A DNA stretch of 63,929 nucleotides, filler included, from Choristocarpus tenellus KU-1152 (lineage: Eukaryota; Protista; Phaeophyceae), in NCBI GenBank assembly GCA_964200185.2. It is 9 parts of 9 records of this genome, joined end to end, with 100 filler letters (N's around TTAATTAATTAA, not from the genome) between each part and the next. Parts side by side here need not be neighbours in the genome. Positions count along the whole stretch, not along the records: positions 1 to 18,722 come from CAXNAD020000521.1; 8 more parts are not named here. One strand, 5' to 3'. A program made the translations under genes and the position numbers. The notes beneath the pieces are model-generated. The model searched no databases and was not told where the DNA came from. It was given only the letters and a program-made list of their open reading frames with translations. This document shows positions 1-15,300 of the stretch, in pieces; position 1 is the stretch's first letter, and each line of letters begins with the position of its first letter.

Positions 1-27
1 CGGCGGGGGCGCCCGGGGCGGGGGCGC

Positions 28-178
28 TACCCCAGGGTGTCCATTTGGGTCAAAATCAGGAAAAGTGCATTTACATTATCCATCCGGTGTATGCAACCAA
101 ATCACACAAAAATTGCGACAAGAAATAATTGACCCCAAATGGACAGCTGCCGCCACCCCCCCCCAGATACGTTGAGCC
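28..178. mobile_element. MITE family B copy, truncated at window start
   Basis: Matches the other B copies (cagggtgtccatttgggtcaaaatcaggaaaagtgcatttacattatccatcc...ccaaatggacagc...ccccagatacgttgagcc). Confidence 0.85.
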
Positions 179-348
179 ATTGATAGGAAGGCGCTTTGGG
201 AGAAGTTGCTGCTAATGTGGTAGGTACTATTTTTACAGTGATTTATGCACAAACTTACCCCTTCACCTACATCACAAGTCGTACATGGCCACCCTGCATG
301 GTAACAGATCCATTGACTCTCATGCTTCTGGTATTGTACCATTGTCAG

Positions 349-3300
349 GAGTACAAACATGTGACAGGAGTTATTGCATCTTTGGAGGAGGCAGCAACGG
401 TTGCAGTGTCGGACTCAGCAGAATCCCTTAATGTCAAGGGTGTGAGCTTGGACCAGTCTGGGGAGATGAGGTCAATTGCAAGCATGGAAAACTTCCTCTG
501 GCGGCGTTCACTTTTTTTGTCAGCAGCTCTGCTCAGTGTCATACGCACTTTGGTGGGTTAGGTTGTTGATGTGCCTTACGATTTGATGGGGTGATGGGCG
601 TCCTGCTTATGAGAAAAGTTCAAGAATAAGAAGGGAACCGTGGTACTACCCTGTGTATGGTACTAAGGACCTTGTGTTGTGAAACTGGATATTTAACAGT
701 GGTACAGTTCTTTGTTGCACTTGTGGATATAGGAGTGGGGGTGAACTGTTGGGGACCAGTCAGTTACAGTTGTCATTCTGTGAAGGTTATATTCCTCACC
801 TTGTTGCCACATAGCATGGAGTTTCGATAAAGTTTCATATATTTCTAATTCATCTTACCTCATAGAGTTGAATTGTGCCAAATTTGATGTGTAGGGTGAT
901 ACATGTTCTATTTGCTAGGTATGAAAAATGGAATTGTTACTGGTAAAATGTTTCTCCCATCCTGCACCCCTTCCATCTTGCAATGACTTGGAATCCTTGT
1001 TTGTGTGGACCTACTTGTTGAATTTTGGGTGCATGCAGAATGCAAACCTTCTTGCTGTGGCAGCGATTGAGGCATCTCCCGCCATGCTTGGCCTTGGCTC
1101 CTCCACTGCAACATCAACAAGTCCACCAGCACCTGTGGACACCTTGTGGTCTCTACGGAGTGGTGGAGGCGTTGTGCATAGTTTATCTGGGCAGGACAGG
1201 GCACCTTCGCCGCCTGTAGTTGGTCCGGGAAAGCTACAGAGGGAAATCAGTAGTAGCAGAAGCTTGGGCGATGGATCTCCAGTCCAGAACTCAACTGAAA
1301 GAAGTGGGAGTGGAAGTGTCGAGTGTACCCAGCACTTGTTTGTGGATCGACTCCGGAACTCGGTTGAGGAAACCATTGGATTGTTGGTGGATGATGGCAT
1401 AGTCAACAGGGAAGACCTGGTGAAGTTGGACTCCGTTGAGGGTGTGTGTACACGAACCAACTCAACACGACTGGCTCAAATCAAGGAGATGTGTGGGCTG
1501 CACCAAAAATGCTTGCGTGAGGTGAATCTATCTCTGGAAGCACATGTCAGCAGGATGTTAATTTTTTTGTTGTTGCAAAGGTAGTGTAGCTCCTTGTACT
1601 TGAAGTGTTTTACAGTGACTTGTATTTGTTCAGTTGAACATTCCAGTACAACATAAGGCAATCAATGCCAGAATGTCTGAGCAGTGTACATGAGTTACCA
1701 ACACTTTCTTCTCGATTTTGTAGACTTACTACTAGCAGTGTCTAATGTGCTGAGGGCTGCACCGTTGAATACAGCTGGCCCTTCTTTTCCTCCAAACAGG
1801 TTTCTGTTGGTGTGTGGGTCTCTGGGCTGCCATACTTTCTCCCCAGTCATGCCAAGCGGTTCCAGTGCCTTGTGGATCTTCTTCATGCTGTACCTCTCAA
1901 CTCAAGTGATGAACAGATTGTATCTGGTGAGAGTGGGCCATTGGCACTTTTATGCAGGCGTCTAAAGCTTGGGGCTATATGCCGACGTCTATCAAGCCCA
2001 GACCTTGTGACCCACTTCGTGAAGGATTTGATGCCTATGGATGATGTGAGCAGTGTCATGGCAAGTGGGAGCTCGGCAGGAGGGTTGTCTCTGGTCCCAT
2101 TGTCTCCATCAAAGGTGAGCATAGCTGCTGCGAGGATAATATTTTATGCAATGCCCTGCGAAGTTGAATTGCTGCAGTATCAGCTGTGCGGTGGTGATGA
2201 CTGTACTCATGTAACCTCCTCATCCGTTTTTTTTGCGTAAGGCCAAGATGCAGGTTCTGCAGTCACTGTCTTCATCGCAGATTGATGTTGGAAGTTTTGG
2301 TCAAGGGATGGATTCACTCAAAGATGGTCTGGCTTCAGGGCTACTGCATAAGGAGGATGTCATGGAACACCTCCGCGCAATAGTTTTACCAAGAGGGAAA
2401 GTTCCAGGCGGTGGACAGGCTGCAGAAGAGGTGAGTTTGGACAAACTCTAGTAGGTAAGCAAGTCTCATTGTGTGCCACATGAAGTTTCTAGATGAATTT
2501 GTGTATTAGATGTATTCCCATGGAAATAATGCTGACCCAGTTTGTGTGTTCTAGCTGCTGCAGAGCTGAGATGATTGTTCTGTCATGTCTAATACTTGTG
2601 ACCTTCAACCCTGGATACTTCAATGAGAAGACTGTGGAACGTATGTTTGAGGCAGTGGCTAGTGGAAAGAGTCTTTCGGCTTTCCCTGTCTTGGGTCTTG
2701 AGGCAGAATTCACTGCACAGGATCAGCAACAGCGGAGAATGCATGCTCTCTTGGACCTCCTCCGCATGCTTACCACACGACTGCGAAAGGCTAGATCTCT
2801 AGGACACATGGATCAGGAGGTGAGCTGGGGTGGGTATCTGACTGTTCATGTTGAGGTAGAATTTGTCTGTGACTGGTGTTGCTGTGTAATGTGTTGGCCC
2901 TGCGACTGGGTCCGAGCACACATATGATTCTACCTCCCTGTTACGAGACATGGAAGGTGGTTAACATTAGATGGATGATGCCATAGTATGATCATGGATC
3001 GATAAGAATGTTTAGCATCCACACTGTTGGGTGGTACCATGGGTTATTGCCTCCATGTAAGTTGTTTGCCATGCACTTACAGTTGAATAGGCCTGTGGGG
3101 TTACCTCAGTTTCAGGGTTATTGTCCATGTTATACCTTCCCCACTGCATACACTACTGCAGTATGACAAGTGTATGACCTTAGTCTTGAGCCACATGCCC
3201 ACTTCCAACCTCACTTGCATTTGTGTACATTGTTGAGTATGCTGCGCAAACCAAATGGTGCGGGTACCGTAGATCCAAGCTTCACTAGAAAATTGCATTT

Positions 3301-6300
3301 GTTGGAGTCAACTATGATGATCCCTAGCACAATCAGAATGTTACTTGTGTGTATCCCTCATCTGCTGCTCGGAATGAAGTGAACTAGCTACCCTTTCTAA
3401 TGAGGTTGATTATCCTTCGCTTCATTTGTCATCAACTTGAACATCATATCCTACCAGAAAATCTCTGTCTCGTTCTTTTTAATTCACGTTGTAATGATGT
3501 GCCGAGAACTGGTTCCTTGCCTGACGCATCTCCTCCTTCATCTTAGGACTGGTACGTGATACACCAAGAGTGCACTACTGATTTCACCACTCATTATCAC
3601 ACAGAGTTAATAGCAAACATCTCTGGGAATGTGTCACAAAAACGTTTTTTTCCATCAGTTGTGGAGTTGATGCATTAAACGTCAATATAAATATAGATAT
3701 ACATGGGAGACACGCAAGCCTTTGTGTTTGGAAATTTAACCGAGTTGTTGAGTGCATTTATTTTGTATAGATTGTGCAATCTGTATATATTTTGATAGTT
3801 GACCCTTGCACTCTTTTTTTGCAATCTCTTGTGTGGTTGACCTGCTTGGCATTAGAAAGACAAGTCAGGTGGGCTACTATTGAAATGGTTCTGACAATTG
3901 GAAGGCTCATGCTCTCAACTGGTTGACTCTGAAATATTCTGAACCACTGCTCGTTATTTTTTAATACATGCGTACTTGGAGTATAAATTAAATGTTTTAT
4001 GGTTGGGAGTCTTGCAGGCTATTACTTCCTCGGGGTAAGGAAATCGTTTCCGTTTTTTGGAGTATTTGAATGTAGGCACAAGAGTCAGCCAACAATGATT
4101 GTTGCTCTTTTGCTATGAATAGCCTTACGAGATTACGAACATAAGCTCTAACCCTAGTCTAGATAGACCTAGAGCTAGGTCCCTCATGTATGACATTTTT
4201 ATAACGACAAACCTTCCCCTGATTTTGTGCACTCTTCCTGCTCCATACTGTTACTGTCATAGAAGAGCAAGGTTGGAAGTGCTGAGAGAGGATTGGAAAG
4301 TGATGTGTTTGGCCTGTTGGTTGCACTTCAATATCACCTTGGTCAACAATTGCTTCGCAGAGCTTCTGGAGAGGCTGAGGTGATGATGGTGGTTCAGTCT
4401 TTTTCGAATTGGAAAAAGTCTTGTTTGTTGTGATTTCCAGTTCTCTTCGTGGAATATGGTGTTGTCACATGTTTGCTGACTGATTCTTGGTATGTTTTAT
4501 TAAACCTGCCTCAATTTTTGTTTCGGTACTTCAGAAGTCCCAGTTAACTTACCTGCTGCGTGCGTGTGAAATCTTATCGTGATATCAGAGACTTGATATT
4601 TGTTGTTGTGAGCTATTGGCGGCTCCACAGCAAGTTAAGAGTGTACTCTTGTTTGTTTGAGTGTTGAGTGGGTGCTGAGAGTTGCGAGAGTGTAAGTATG
4701 TAGCATTCAAGGTGTTTTGGTACCGATACATGATTTTTTTTTGGTTTTTTCTGCTCAGTATTCTTCCTCTTCATCCTTGGTGCCCTCTGAAGTCATTCCA
4801 CTTCTTTGCCCGTGTGTTAGCTTTATGATTTATTGAACTGTCCTTCTCAGACCACAAGTCTTTCAGTTTTGAGTCACCATATTTGATAGTTGTAGGTTTG
4901 TACCGATGAGTAAGTGGAAGGTGGTGGGTATGGGTGGAATGAATTATGACAAGAGAGTAAAGAGGTGTGAGATTATTTGTTCGAAAGGGTGGCAGGTGTG
5001 AATTATACTCGTCCAAAAGTACTAAGGACTAGATGTGTGGTTCCATGTGTCCACCATGAGGTGTTCCAACATGGATGAGAGTGTTACCTGTCATTAGGTT
5101 TGTGAGTGTGTTCAGTTGGTACAGTGTTTTTTGCTAATTTGGGATGTATGTGAAGTGCCCTGTATTTGTATTACATTGTTGCATCAAGGTGTAACTTAAA
5201 GATTCCTTCCAATCATTCTGTACTGGACTCTTGCCTTCAAATGCCATCAGTTGGGAGGTATGGAGTTTGATCCTCTCCATGCCAGCAGGAACATAATCTG
5301 TGACGGTGAATATTCTGCCACCCAGCGCCAGAGTAAGTCGTGGGGCAGTGTCCTGGTTAAGAAGGGGTTCCCACCGGGATCTGGGGTGCACAAGTGGATG
5401 GTTCACTTGGACAGGTATGTTAGTAGTTGATACACAAAGAAGTAGAGGTTGCCTTTCAGAAATATATGATGAAATTTTCTTCAAATCTCACTTAGTTGGT
5501 CCTCATTCCTCCCTATTTTTGTGTTTGGTAGGGATGCTCTTAGATGTGCTATATTGTAAAATTTGTGCTGTTGTTGCATTGAAAGCCATGAACAAAGCCC
5601 TGTTCCTCCTCTTTTGAGTTTCTTAATGAGTGCTTGACATTTCCTTCTAGTGGCTTCTTGTACTAGCATTCATGTGGGGACAGGGGAGCCTTTGTCAATT
5701 CTGAATCTGTTACTACTTGTGGATAACTATGTAATAACAGATTCAGTGTTTTTGTGGAAAAAATAAGAACTTATGTTCATACTCTGCAATTAACTACATA
5801 CGTCAAGTTAGGTGTTTACAGGTCTAGGAAGCAAATAGTTTAGTCTCTTGTAGGGTGGACTTCAGGGACAGGCCCCCACTGATTCAAATACAACCTGCTG
5901 TTTGTAATTGCATTTACACTATGCCTTGGACTAGTTCATGCAGTAAGTACATCAAGCATTTTGTAAGATTCCAAAAACCGCTATGTCTCCGTAATTCTGT
6001 ATGCAAAAAATATATTGTATTCCGGGTTAAGGTTGTTAGTGTAGTACCTGATTACCATTGCAATGCATCGGGGATTGATGATGTCAACATGCTCTCTAAT
6101 CTCTCTTATTGAACCGTTCAAGTTGGTGGAATTAATTAATACTCATTAAAATAACCATTTTGATAACCATTTTGATAAACTGTTGATCCCGCAGAACAGA
6201 TCGGAGTTGTGCTAGCTTTGGACTCTAATATTCCTTAGCCTGATTTGTTGAGCAGGTGTGAAAAGGGACATATCTTTCTTGGAGTGTGTACAGGCAAAGC

Positions 6301-9300
6301 AAATATGAACACATATGTTGGTGGAGATGGGCAAGGCTGGGGACTTATTGGAACGAGGGCTCTGTGGCACAATCGAACAAAGGTAAGGTGTTCGTCATAC
6401 ATGCTACTGGATGTTCCGATCTGATATTGTTTCATGTGCATACCTCTATGTATACGGGGAATAACAAGGGACAGGCACAGTATTTTACGGGCAAAGCACC
6501 AAGTTGGATTAACATACCCAACAATGACTTGACCACTAATGACTTTCTTGTGCCACTCTGGACTCAAGGTTCGAGGCGACTATGGGGATGGGTTTACCAC
6601 AGGTGCTCTTGTGCTTGTGACTCTAGACATGGATAATGGCACCTTAAGGTTTGGAGTGGACGAGCCTGGCAGCTCTGGTGGAGACTGGGGGTTGGCATTT
6701 GAGGACTTGCCAAAGTCAGAGGTCCTTTTCCCGGCTGTGGGATTGTACCAGAAGGATGACCAGGTGCGCTACTAGTGACTGCAGGGCCCTTCAGTGTCTT
6801 TTTTTCAACAGATTATAAAGCTTAGTGTATGTAGTGGTCATGGACTCTGAAAGTTGCTTGTTGTGTGACCTCTTTGTTTGCTGTGTTTGGTGGTATTTGT
6901 ATAGATAATGGTTTTTAATTTTATTCTCTATGCTGTGAGCTATGTATGGGGCTCTACAGCTTGAGGTATGACTTTTTAGAAAGGCGTAAGGATATTGTAC
7001 ACTTCCATCTTTCATATGTTACTGACATATATTAGGTGTCCAGTGGTTGTCATGTTTGCTGCTACTACTATAAATTCTGAAAGTACAATAATAGTCTGGA
7101 TTTTATTCCTTGTGAAATGGTGTTGAGTGCCTCCTCCAAGGTGTCCTTGAATGATCTTTATGGATTTCGTGTCTTCTACAAAGCTGTTTGCCTGGATTTG
7201 CACCGGCTTCAATAGGTTTGTGATTTTTCTCCAACTTTGCTTCTCAATATCGACTGTCCATGCCTTGCAGGTCACTCTGCTTAACTATCGTAAGTCACCT
7301 GTTCCTGGGGCAACGAAGGATGAGGGATATTCTGGTCTCAGCTGGGAAACACAAGGGGCCATCTCAAAGTTTTCCCATCAGGACCCTGATAGTATACTTC
7401 CCTGGAGGTGCTCTCGTGCTGTGGCTGGGTATGAGCCAGTGCTTCAATATACAAAGGTAGTTGATGTATAATAGTGTTGTTTCACCAAATGGATGTGCAG
7501 AGCAAACTTCTGGAAGGAAGTTGTGTGCAGATAGTATGAAAAGAAATATGAAGACATGAGGATAGGGGGAATCTTACAGCAATATTAGTGATGTCATTAA
7601 CTGCTTGTCTTGGTAGCACTTGGATAGTCTAGTGCTTCGAAGTACTCCTGAGTATATAACTGGGATTTGCAGTCCATGAACCAAATCATAGTATTCTAAA
7701 AAATTATGTGTGAATCAAGTCAAACCACATTTAGACCTCTAGGTGACCCATGAAGTCTGCCGTGGCTGAGTGGATCACCTCTGGCACATGACACACACAC
7801 ACACATGCATAGAAGGAAAAGTGTCATAGGGAAGAGATAGAGAGAGGGTGAGAGTGCCATGTTACTCATAGGTCCGCTGACAATTTTCTAGTCCATCATA
7901 GGTTTCTGCTATCCAATCAGCTCACTATGCCATGCAGTAAAATATTATTGTGTCAAGGTGTGCTAATCAAGAGACCTTGACTTAATCTGGTCTTTTTCCC
8001 ACCTTATAACAACGATGGTTGTCGTTGTGCTTACTGTCATCCCAGGTCTTGAACAATATCTTACATCTGCACTTTTTTTTGTTTTGGTGTGTTTAAGGAG
8101 GTGCAATCTGTGCTCTGAAACATTTTCTGACGTATGAAATCCTGTGTGTGTAATTCCACAAATCTTCTTCGAAGGACTTGGTGAGGAGTGTACATGAAGT
8201 GCTGGAGGAAGGGCAGGTCCTGCTCAAACAGTTTCCGAAGGAGATCAATATGGTTGGCCTTGAGAATCGTGCACGGGCACTGGAGGGGTTGTTAGGGAAC
8301 CCCCTTGTCAATGTTGCCCTTCCTGCAATGTCAGCAGTGCTCCTACTGATGCCATACAAACCCTTGGTGTCAGCATACCTGGCTGCCTGTCTTCTTCCTT
8401 CCCTCACTTCCCTTGCAAAACTGGCTGATTCAATGATTGCTGACTGTCATAGTCAAGGTCTGGGAGGACAAGGGCATGGGACAGCCCTCACTGTGGATGT
8501 TAGTGGGTCATGGCGCATTAAGAGTGCCTCATCAGAGAATATCCCTGAGCAGGTAGTGTGTGTGTGTGATTGGTTTTTGGTGTACGGTTTGTCCAAAGCT
8601 CCCACCTTTTTAGTTTGTGCTTCTGTGTCTGCAGTTGTCAAAATAGTCTTCAGTGCAGGAGTTTCCCAGTTTATTGTTCTGACTGATTCTTGGTCATTGT
8701 TTTTATCTTGTTGTGTTTGTAACTTTCATGTGTTAATTGCAGACCTCTGTATGCCATGCCTTGACCCTTGTAATCAAGACTCTAAGTGATTGAAGTAATG
8801 TTCTGCGTGATAATATCAGCACAAATTGTCAATGTCAGATAACCCAGTAGCAGTTTCAATGAGTAGAGTTCAGCCTGTGCAACACTACACAGTGTAGTGA
8901 TATTGTAGCCGGCTGCAGAAACGGCTCCATCATTGCTTGGCCACTTGGACTGGTTTTTACCTTGTTCATCTTTCTGATTATGGAGTCGTAAACATATTTT
9001 GTGTATGAAATGAGCACCTATGTAGTATGTAAACTGGCTCTAATTGTGACGCAATCATAATAAGCTCACGTGCTTAGTTGGGGTTTCTCCCTGGTGCACT
9101 CTATTGACAGGAGTACACCCTGAACCTAGAGGCAGTGCCTGCTCCGCAAGATGACTTGCCACGTGGGAGTGATGTCGGTGCCCCTGATGTGCAATCAACT
9201 CAGGTGATAGCTATAGAGCTCTATAGTGACAGTGTTACGTTCTACCTACCGTTACCGTTCGCATGTTTCAGCTCTTTGTCATTAATTTCCCACATGACAA

Positions 9301-12300
9301 ATGTTGTTTTCTGTGACAAACTTTTGTTTTTTGTGCGTTGATTATGGTTGTTGAGGACAAGTCTTTCACCGGCTTGCTTGTTTAGTTTCACTCATCATTG
9401 TTTCCATGTTGGAGGTGCTGTGACATGGCACTGTAACACATTTATCTTTTTGTGAACTCCATTCCATTGACAGCATATTAGTGGTGGAGGCCAAGGGCAC
9501 GATGCGCATCAGGGGAGCACTTTTGGGGCTCATGGCCTAAGAGGTGTGGGTGGGGGCGGTACAAGTGCAGTGGAAGTTGAGGGAAGCGTTGTAGGGCTCA
9601 GGATGGTGTTTCTGGAGACTTGGAAACAGGGCGGCATGTGTACAGTGGAAGGCAGGCTGTCCTTGGATGGTAGGTGGATGAGCACTATTTGTACAGCAAA
9701 TTTTTATTGTTTCCTCTTTTTTACTCAGTACAGTTGTGACGTGATAGCTGTTACCCATGTGCAGTGCACGTTTGGTCAAGGTTTGTTACATTGAACTGAT
9801 AAATGCCAAGATACTCTTTCTGCTCTGCATACTGGTGTATTTTTGTTCCGCAATAAATGTATTGACAGTTTGAAATGCACACTATGGCCCAACTTCCGAA
9901 GAGGCTTCCCTTCACCTTGAGCTCTCACTCCTTACCTCCAAACAACTTGCAGGTGGCTTCTTCACTGGCACTTTCCGCGACACTCGCACTGGCACCAATG
10001 GGGCCATCACTGGGCAAAGGTTGTTGGCTCCAGAGGGCCTCTCAACCAGCACATCTGTTGGGCGTCTTGTTCGCCTTGAAACCCTTGTCAGCATGCTCGT
10101 TGGCAAGCTCATGTCCACACTGATGACAGGAGTTGAGGTCAGTGTTTTATTGTCTTTGTAAGGTACATCAAATAATCCATAAACTTGATTGATTAGAGGA
10201 AATATATGTCTATGATCTGGTGTAGTCTCTGTTTCCCCTTTGCTTGATGTGTCCCATGGACCTAGCTCCCTGCCTTTGAGTTGGTCTGTAGCTCTTATTG
10301 AACAGAGATCTGATTTGGGTTGTCTACTCCAGGCGGACATCTTTGGTGGTCAATTTCCTAGCACTGAGACAGACTCCGAGCGTGGAGTTACTACAGGGAG
10401 GGAAAATAGGCATGACTCAAAGGCTGACTCTGACATTCAGGAGAACAGCACATCTTTTGTTAGAGGTTTCTCAACCCCTGTGACCATGATTGGGTCACCA
10501 TCACGCAGAGACACAGCATCATCAAACGGACTGGATGTTTCCTCTCCAACAGAGGGGAGGGGAAGGGATGGTGACTTGACGTCACCAACAGGTGGGGCAA
10601 GTTTGGGATCCCCTGTGCTGTTAGGTTCAGGGCATGCCTTGGGAATGCCAGCTATTACCCTTGGTGAGTCTTCAAGACTGATGATTGATGAGGAGGATCA
10701 TGTTGGCCGCCACCAAGATAGCAGGGGAGGTATGAGAGGTACAAGGGAGCATGTGGAGGGTGATGGAGGAAGAAGGCGGGAAAGAGAAGGGGTGATAAAG
10801 CAGTCTGTTGCATCTGATCTTGGGGCACAGGACACTGCTGAACTGGTATGGTATTGGGCGCGCTCACAATTACTAAGTGGGGGACTGTACATGCGGGATG
10901 TTCGAGCTCACATGCAGGCCACTCTACGGTTTTATATCCCTGAAAGAAGTCAAGGACCTGGAGGTGAGGACTCATGGTGGTACGAATCGGTCTTTCCGTG
11001 CCTGAGAAGTAATTCCTCTTCAGGGCAGGAAGGTGCAAGTGGAGAATCTGCTGAAGAGCCGATTTTAGATCCATTCTTTGTGGATCTAAGCGAGGGGAGG
11101 GGGGAGGCTGCGGGTGTTGATGCGTGGGCTACAAGGCACTTGGGAATGTCACCCTTTTCAAGGCTTGGTGGAGAACCAATGAAGGCTGCAGGACGTGCAG
11201 TATCGGCAGCACTTATCCTACACTCTGGAAGTCTCTCTCATTTACTTGCAGAGTATGCAAAAAAGACTGATGAGAATAATAAACCATCTTCTCGTACGCT
11301 TCAAGTGAGTGAAACACAATATAAGGGAGTTCTGTGCGTGTAATGGGGCCTTTGAGTGAAAGTATCTTAGAGGGTATGAATTTTGCCCTGTTTGTCGGTC
11401 TGGGGCTTGGATTCCCACGAGTTTTTTAATGGCATTTTCCTACCCCGAAATGTTTTGGAGTAGGTAAAATGTATACGTTATGTGAAGGTGTGTCAGGAAC
11501 AAGGATATTGACACTTCCTAACAAACACGATAGCCAAGATTACATCAAAATCACAACATTGGATTTTGGTCCCCAAACAGATGCAGCTCTGCCCTCTAAA
11601 GATAAGTTTGACTCTTTTGAGAACTGGAAAGCTTTTCTTCTTGGTTGAAACATGTTAGTGGCACAATTGATGCAATACTAGGTCTGTCTTGAAATTTGCC
11701 TTTTTGAGGTGTGACGTAATGAACCATATATGTGGCATCTGGACCATGTGAAATGAAGTGGGATTTGTGAAACACGTTTTGGCTTGGTTGTCCTGTGGAA
11801 AGGTGTGGAGGGCTTCAAGGCAGGTGGTTGAGTGGGCGATACGGAGCAAGCAGGTGTCTGGACTGTCATTTGCTGCTCTTGCTGACATTCTGCGGCGCAA
11901 AGCGAATTTCTTGCTGGGGGTAAGAGCGAGCTTAGTGCGTTTTGTGAATGGATGCCAGTGTGTGCCAGGCTTGTATTAGTTGCATTTTGAGAAATACATA
12001 TGCTGTGTGTAATGGGAAATAGGGTTTTGTAGTGTAAGGGATTGAAGTGCTACTTGCATACATGGAGGAAGCAGTTGTAATATCTGACTTATATATCCCG
12101 ATTTAGGTCCGTCCTTGTGACGTTGCTGCAAGTGAGGAGCTGGCCGGTAAGCTTGCAGGGAGTGTGGGCATGGAGAATGCATCCGGGGGAGGCGAGGCAA
12201 TTTTGTCTGGAGCTGGGGGGTTTGATACTGAAGGCAACGACCTGGATTTTGAAGGTTCTGAGCTGTTGGCGTCTGCAGTCCGTTTCTTCCAATCCAAGCT

Positions 12301-15300
12301 ACGGTATGTACTGCTAGATGTACCGTAATATCTGCCGTGCTGTACAGTACAAGTTTTGGATGTAGATTGTGTTGTTTGTCACTGATGTCTAGTGGATCCA
12401 GTCTGTGCATTTATCTCACCTTTGATACTATTGTTTTTACATTCTCCACTTTCAGGTTGGTTGACCCTCTGAGGCAAGAGATGATCAGCTCCAGCATTCG
12501 TGCAGTGTTCCGAGTGGCAGGCATGCGTGCGCTTGGCCTGCTATTGGGAAAGGCTGGACCCAGTGCAACCTCTGGTATGGGTGTGGAGAGGGAAGGGGAG
12601 ATTGAAATGGTGGCGCATTGGTGCCGTAATCTTCAACTTCAGTGTGCAGCGACTGCTGCTACACAGGTAACACAACATAAGCCAACAGGTCTTAACGTTT
12701 GAGCGTATACAAGAGTATTGTCCACGGGAACTGGATTGTGGTATCGCTTGGTACATGTTTCAGTTGGATGCCATTTTTAGCAACATTTTTTGAAGTGGAG
12801 TGTGTTGTGTTTATTTTGCAGAGTATTTTTGGCTTAGAACTGGATGAGGTCTTCTCGAAGTGTACTTCCTCCAACTCTTTGGCAATTGCTGTGGCACAAA
12901 CAGTCCCATTTACTTTTTGATGATTCAACCTAAAGGTACAATGGATTCCTCTTGTAGGTTTGCATCATAGATTCACTCTTGCAGGCACTATGTAGATTCT
13001 TTGGAGATGTACCCTGGTGTGGTGTTGTCAATCCTGAAAATGCCCCATGTGATTGACTGCAGTTTCCTATATACTAGTCAGGATATGTGTACCAGTGTAC
13101 AATATAGTGAACTAGGCCTTTGTCCATGAAGGGAAGACTAGCTACTCTTGCCTGTGTGATAACAGCATCATGTCCATTGAAACAAATCCACTCCAACCTT
13201 TATAACCTTGCTGGATTGGTGGTTAACAGGAGGCATTGCTCATTTTTTCATTGCTTTTCTAACCCATAGGTGTTGTGGTGCATTAGTAGTGGCTGTCATA
13301 TATTCTTTTTCACCATCTTAAGATATGCCTGTTTCATGCCGTTCTGTCTCCTATGATTTTGCTTGTCTGACTGGGATATTTTGCACTTACCGTTGGACTC
13401 CTTTGTATTAATAGTACATAGTGCCAGCTTTTCAGGGGCACAGTACCATCACTGCAGGGAGCTCTGCCTTGAAGCGCCTAGGCAATGGATGGAATGGGAG
13501 TGGAGAGATTGGCAGTGATCGGAGGAAAGACAGCTTTGGTTGTCACTATCTGGATAGACTGCAGGTAATTAGAGGATACAATTTGGGAGCTCTTTGTGTG
13601 TAGTTAGGTTGCTAAGGTATTTTGTTCTTACAGCATGCAAGGAGCAATGCTTCTGCTTTCACCTCCTCTTAAGACTTGCGTTGTGTGAACAGTTTTTGGC
13701 CCATAATTGCGGTTTTGCTCAATTGAATGTTGTACCTGAGATTATATTATATGTGCGTTGGGGATTGATATAGTCTTGATAGTTCGCAACATCGAAGTAA
13801 ACAATAGGGTGGGTGACGCAGGGATGGTATAGTCTATGCAAGTTACAGAGAAAATATCTTGAATTGAACCGCCCCTGAATTGAATACTACCTTACCTGAT
13901 GAGGGACAGCATGCAATATATGTTTCCTCTTGAACACATCACCATTCCCATCGCCTATTCGGTCAGGGCTGCTGTGTGGAGCTTAAGGCTGATGCACGTT
14001 CCAGCTTTGAAAAACTCTATGAGCTTCTAGCTAATCACCTCTACAGGTGAGGCACTTAAGTAGCGTGGTGTTTTGTCTCAATGAATTTTGAAGTATGTGT
14101 GTGACTGCCTCCTTTGGTGGTGTTGTTATGTCCTTGTTTGAAATGATCCGCTTGATCTTTTTTTGCCCATTTCCCTGCCTTTGTGGTTCATCTAGCGTTC
14201 CAAAAGTCACTGGATGCTGCTTGAAAGACTGGTTGATGCCTTTCAGTAAGGTGGTCTTCAGGTGCTTCTCTGGGACTACGTGTTAAGGATATGCTTTGGG
14301 GGTCATTGTTGCCCTTTATACTTACAAATCTATGATTTCGTTGATGCCTTGTGCAAATTTTATTTCCTCAGATCTGTGTGGTCTGGTGATGTTGATGCAC
14401 AGCTGGTGCTACTTCGATCGTGGGGGCTTGTCATCAGATCGGCTGACCATGCCTTCCTCTCAAGAGTTGGTATTTTCCGAACCCTACAGCTGGTGATTGA
14501 GGAGGCAAGGGGCTCTGTTGAGGAGCTTGGGGCTGCCTGTGCATGCTTGCCCACAGGTCCCAATGGGAAGGCAGATCTTCTGGGCAGCAACAGAGAGACC
14601 AGGCAGGGTAGTGAACCGAAAGAGAGAGCTTGGCAAGAGAGAGTGGGAGAGATGAATTTGGTGTCAAGGCATGGGGGACCGTATGGGGCACGATTGCTGC
14701 AGGCTGGACGACAGCGTGTTGTGCGATCAGCACTGAAGGTGGTGCACTTGCTCGCCGCGCAGGTGAGTCACCTACTGTTTTAGATTTTGCTTGGCTACAT
14801 GCCTGTCCTTCAATATATATAGAATGTACGCGCTGTGAGTGAAATGAAACATTTGGTGATCCAATGGATTTTTGATCTACCCTCTTGCCTTTTGGTGTCC
14901 AGGTGGCATATAGTGAAGACCAGGTGACCCCTGTCGCCACGGTAGGACCAGGGAGTTTGTCAGGCAGCATTGGCGCTTCTATCCCCATGATCCGCACACT
15001 CTCTGGCCCAGAGACCCTCAGTTGTGCTCTATTTGAGATGCTACACTCTGAGCTGCGATATGCTCTGTGCAGATTGGCCCTTGTGAGTGCTTGTTTTCTC
15101 TTTGCTTGTCTTGATCATTGTCCTCCGTTATGATAAGAATTAACTCAAGGTGCATGAGGATTTTGGGTGTGATGTGTGTGTGTGTATTTTTACATCCACA
15201 TATTGATTCTATCTCGACTATTCTCTACATTTTGTTGAATGTTTGTCATCCATGAAGATCATGACTATCCATGAGATGGGTCTTGTACCCTACAGTTTTG

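Noticed and set aside
11354-11614. MITEs acting as introner elements that create introns
   Set aside because: Copies lie inside existing introns or other TEs, and their ends do not coincide with splice sites.
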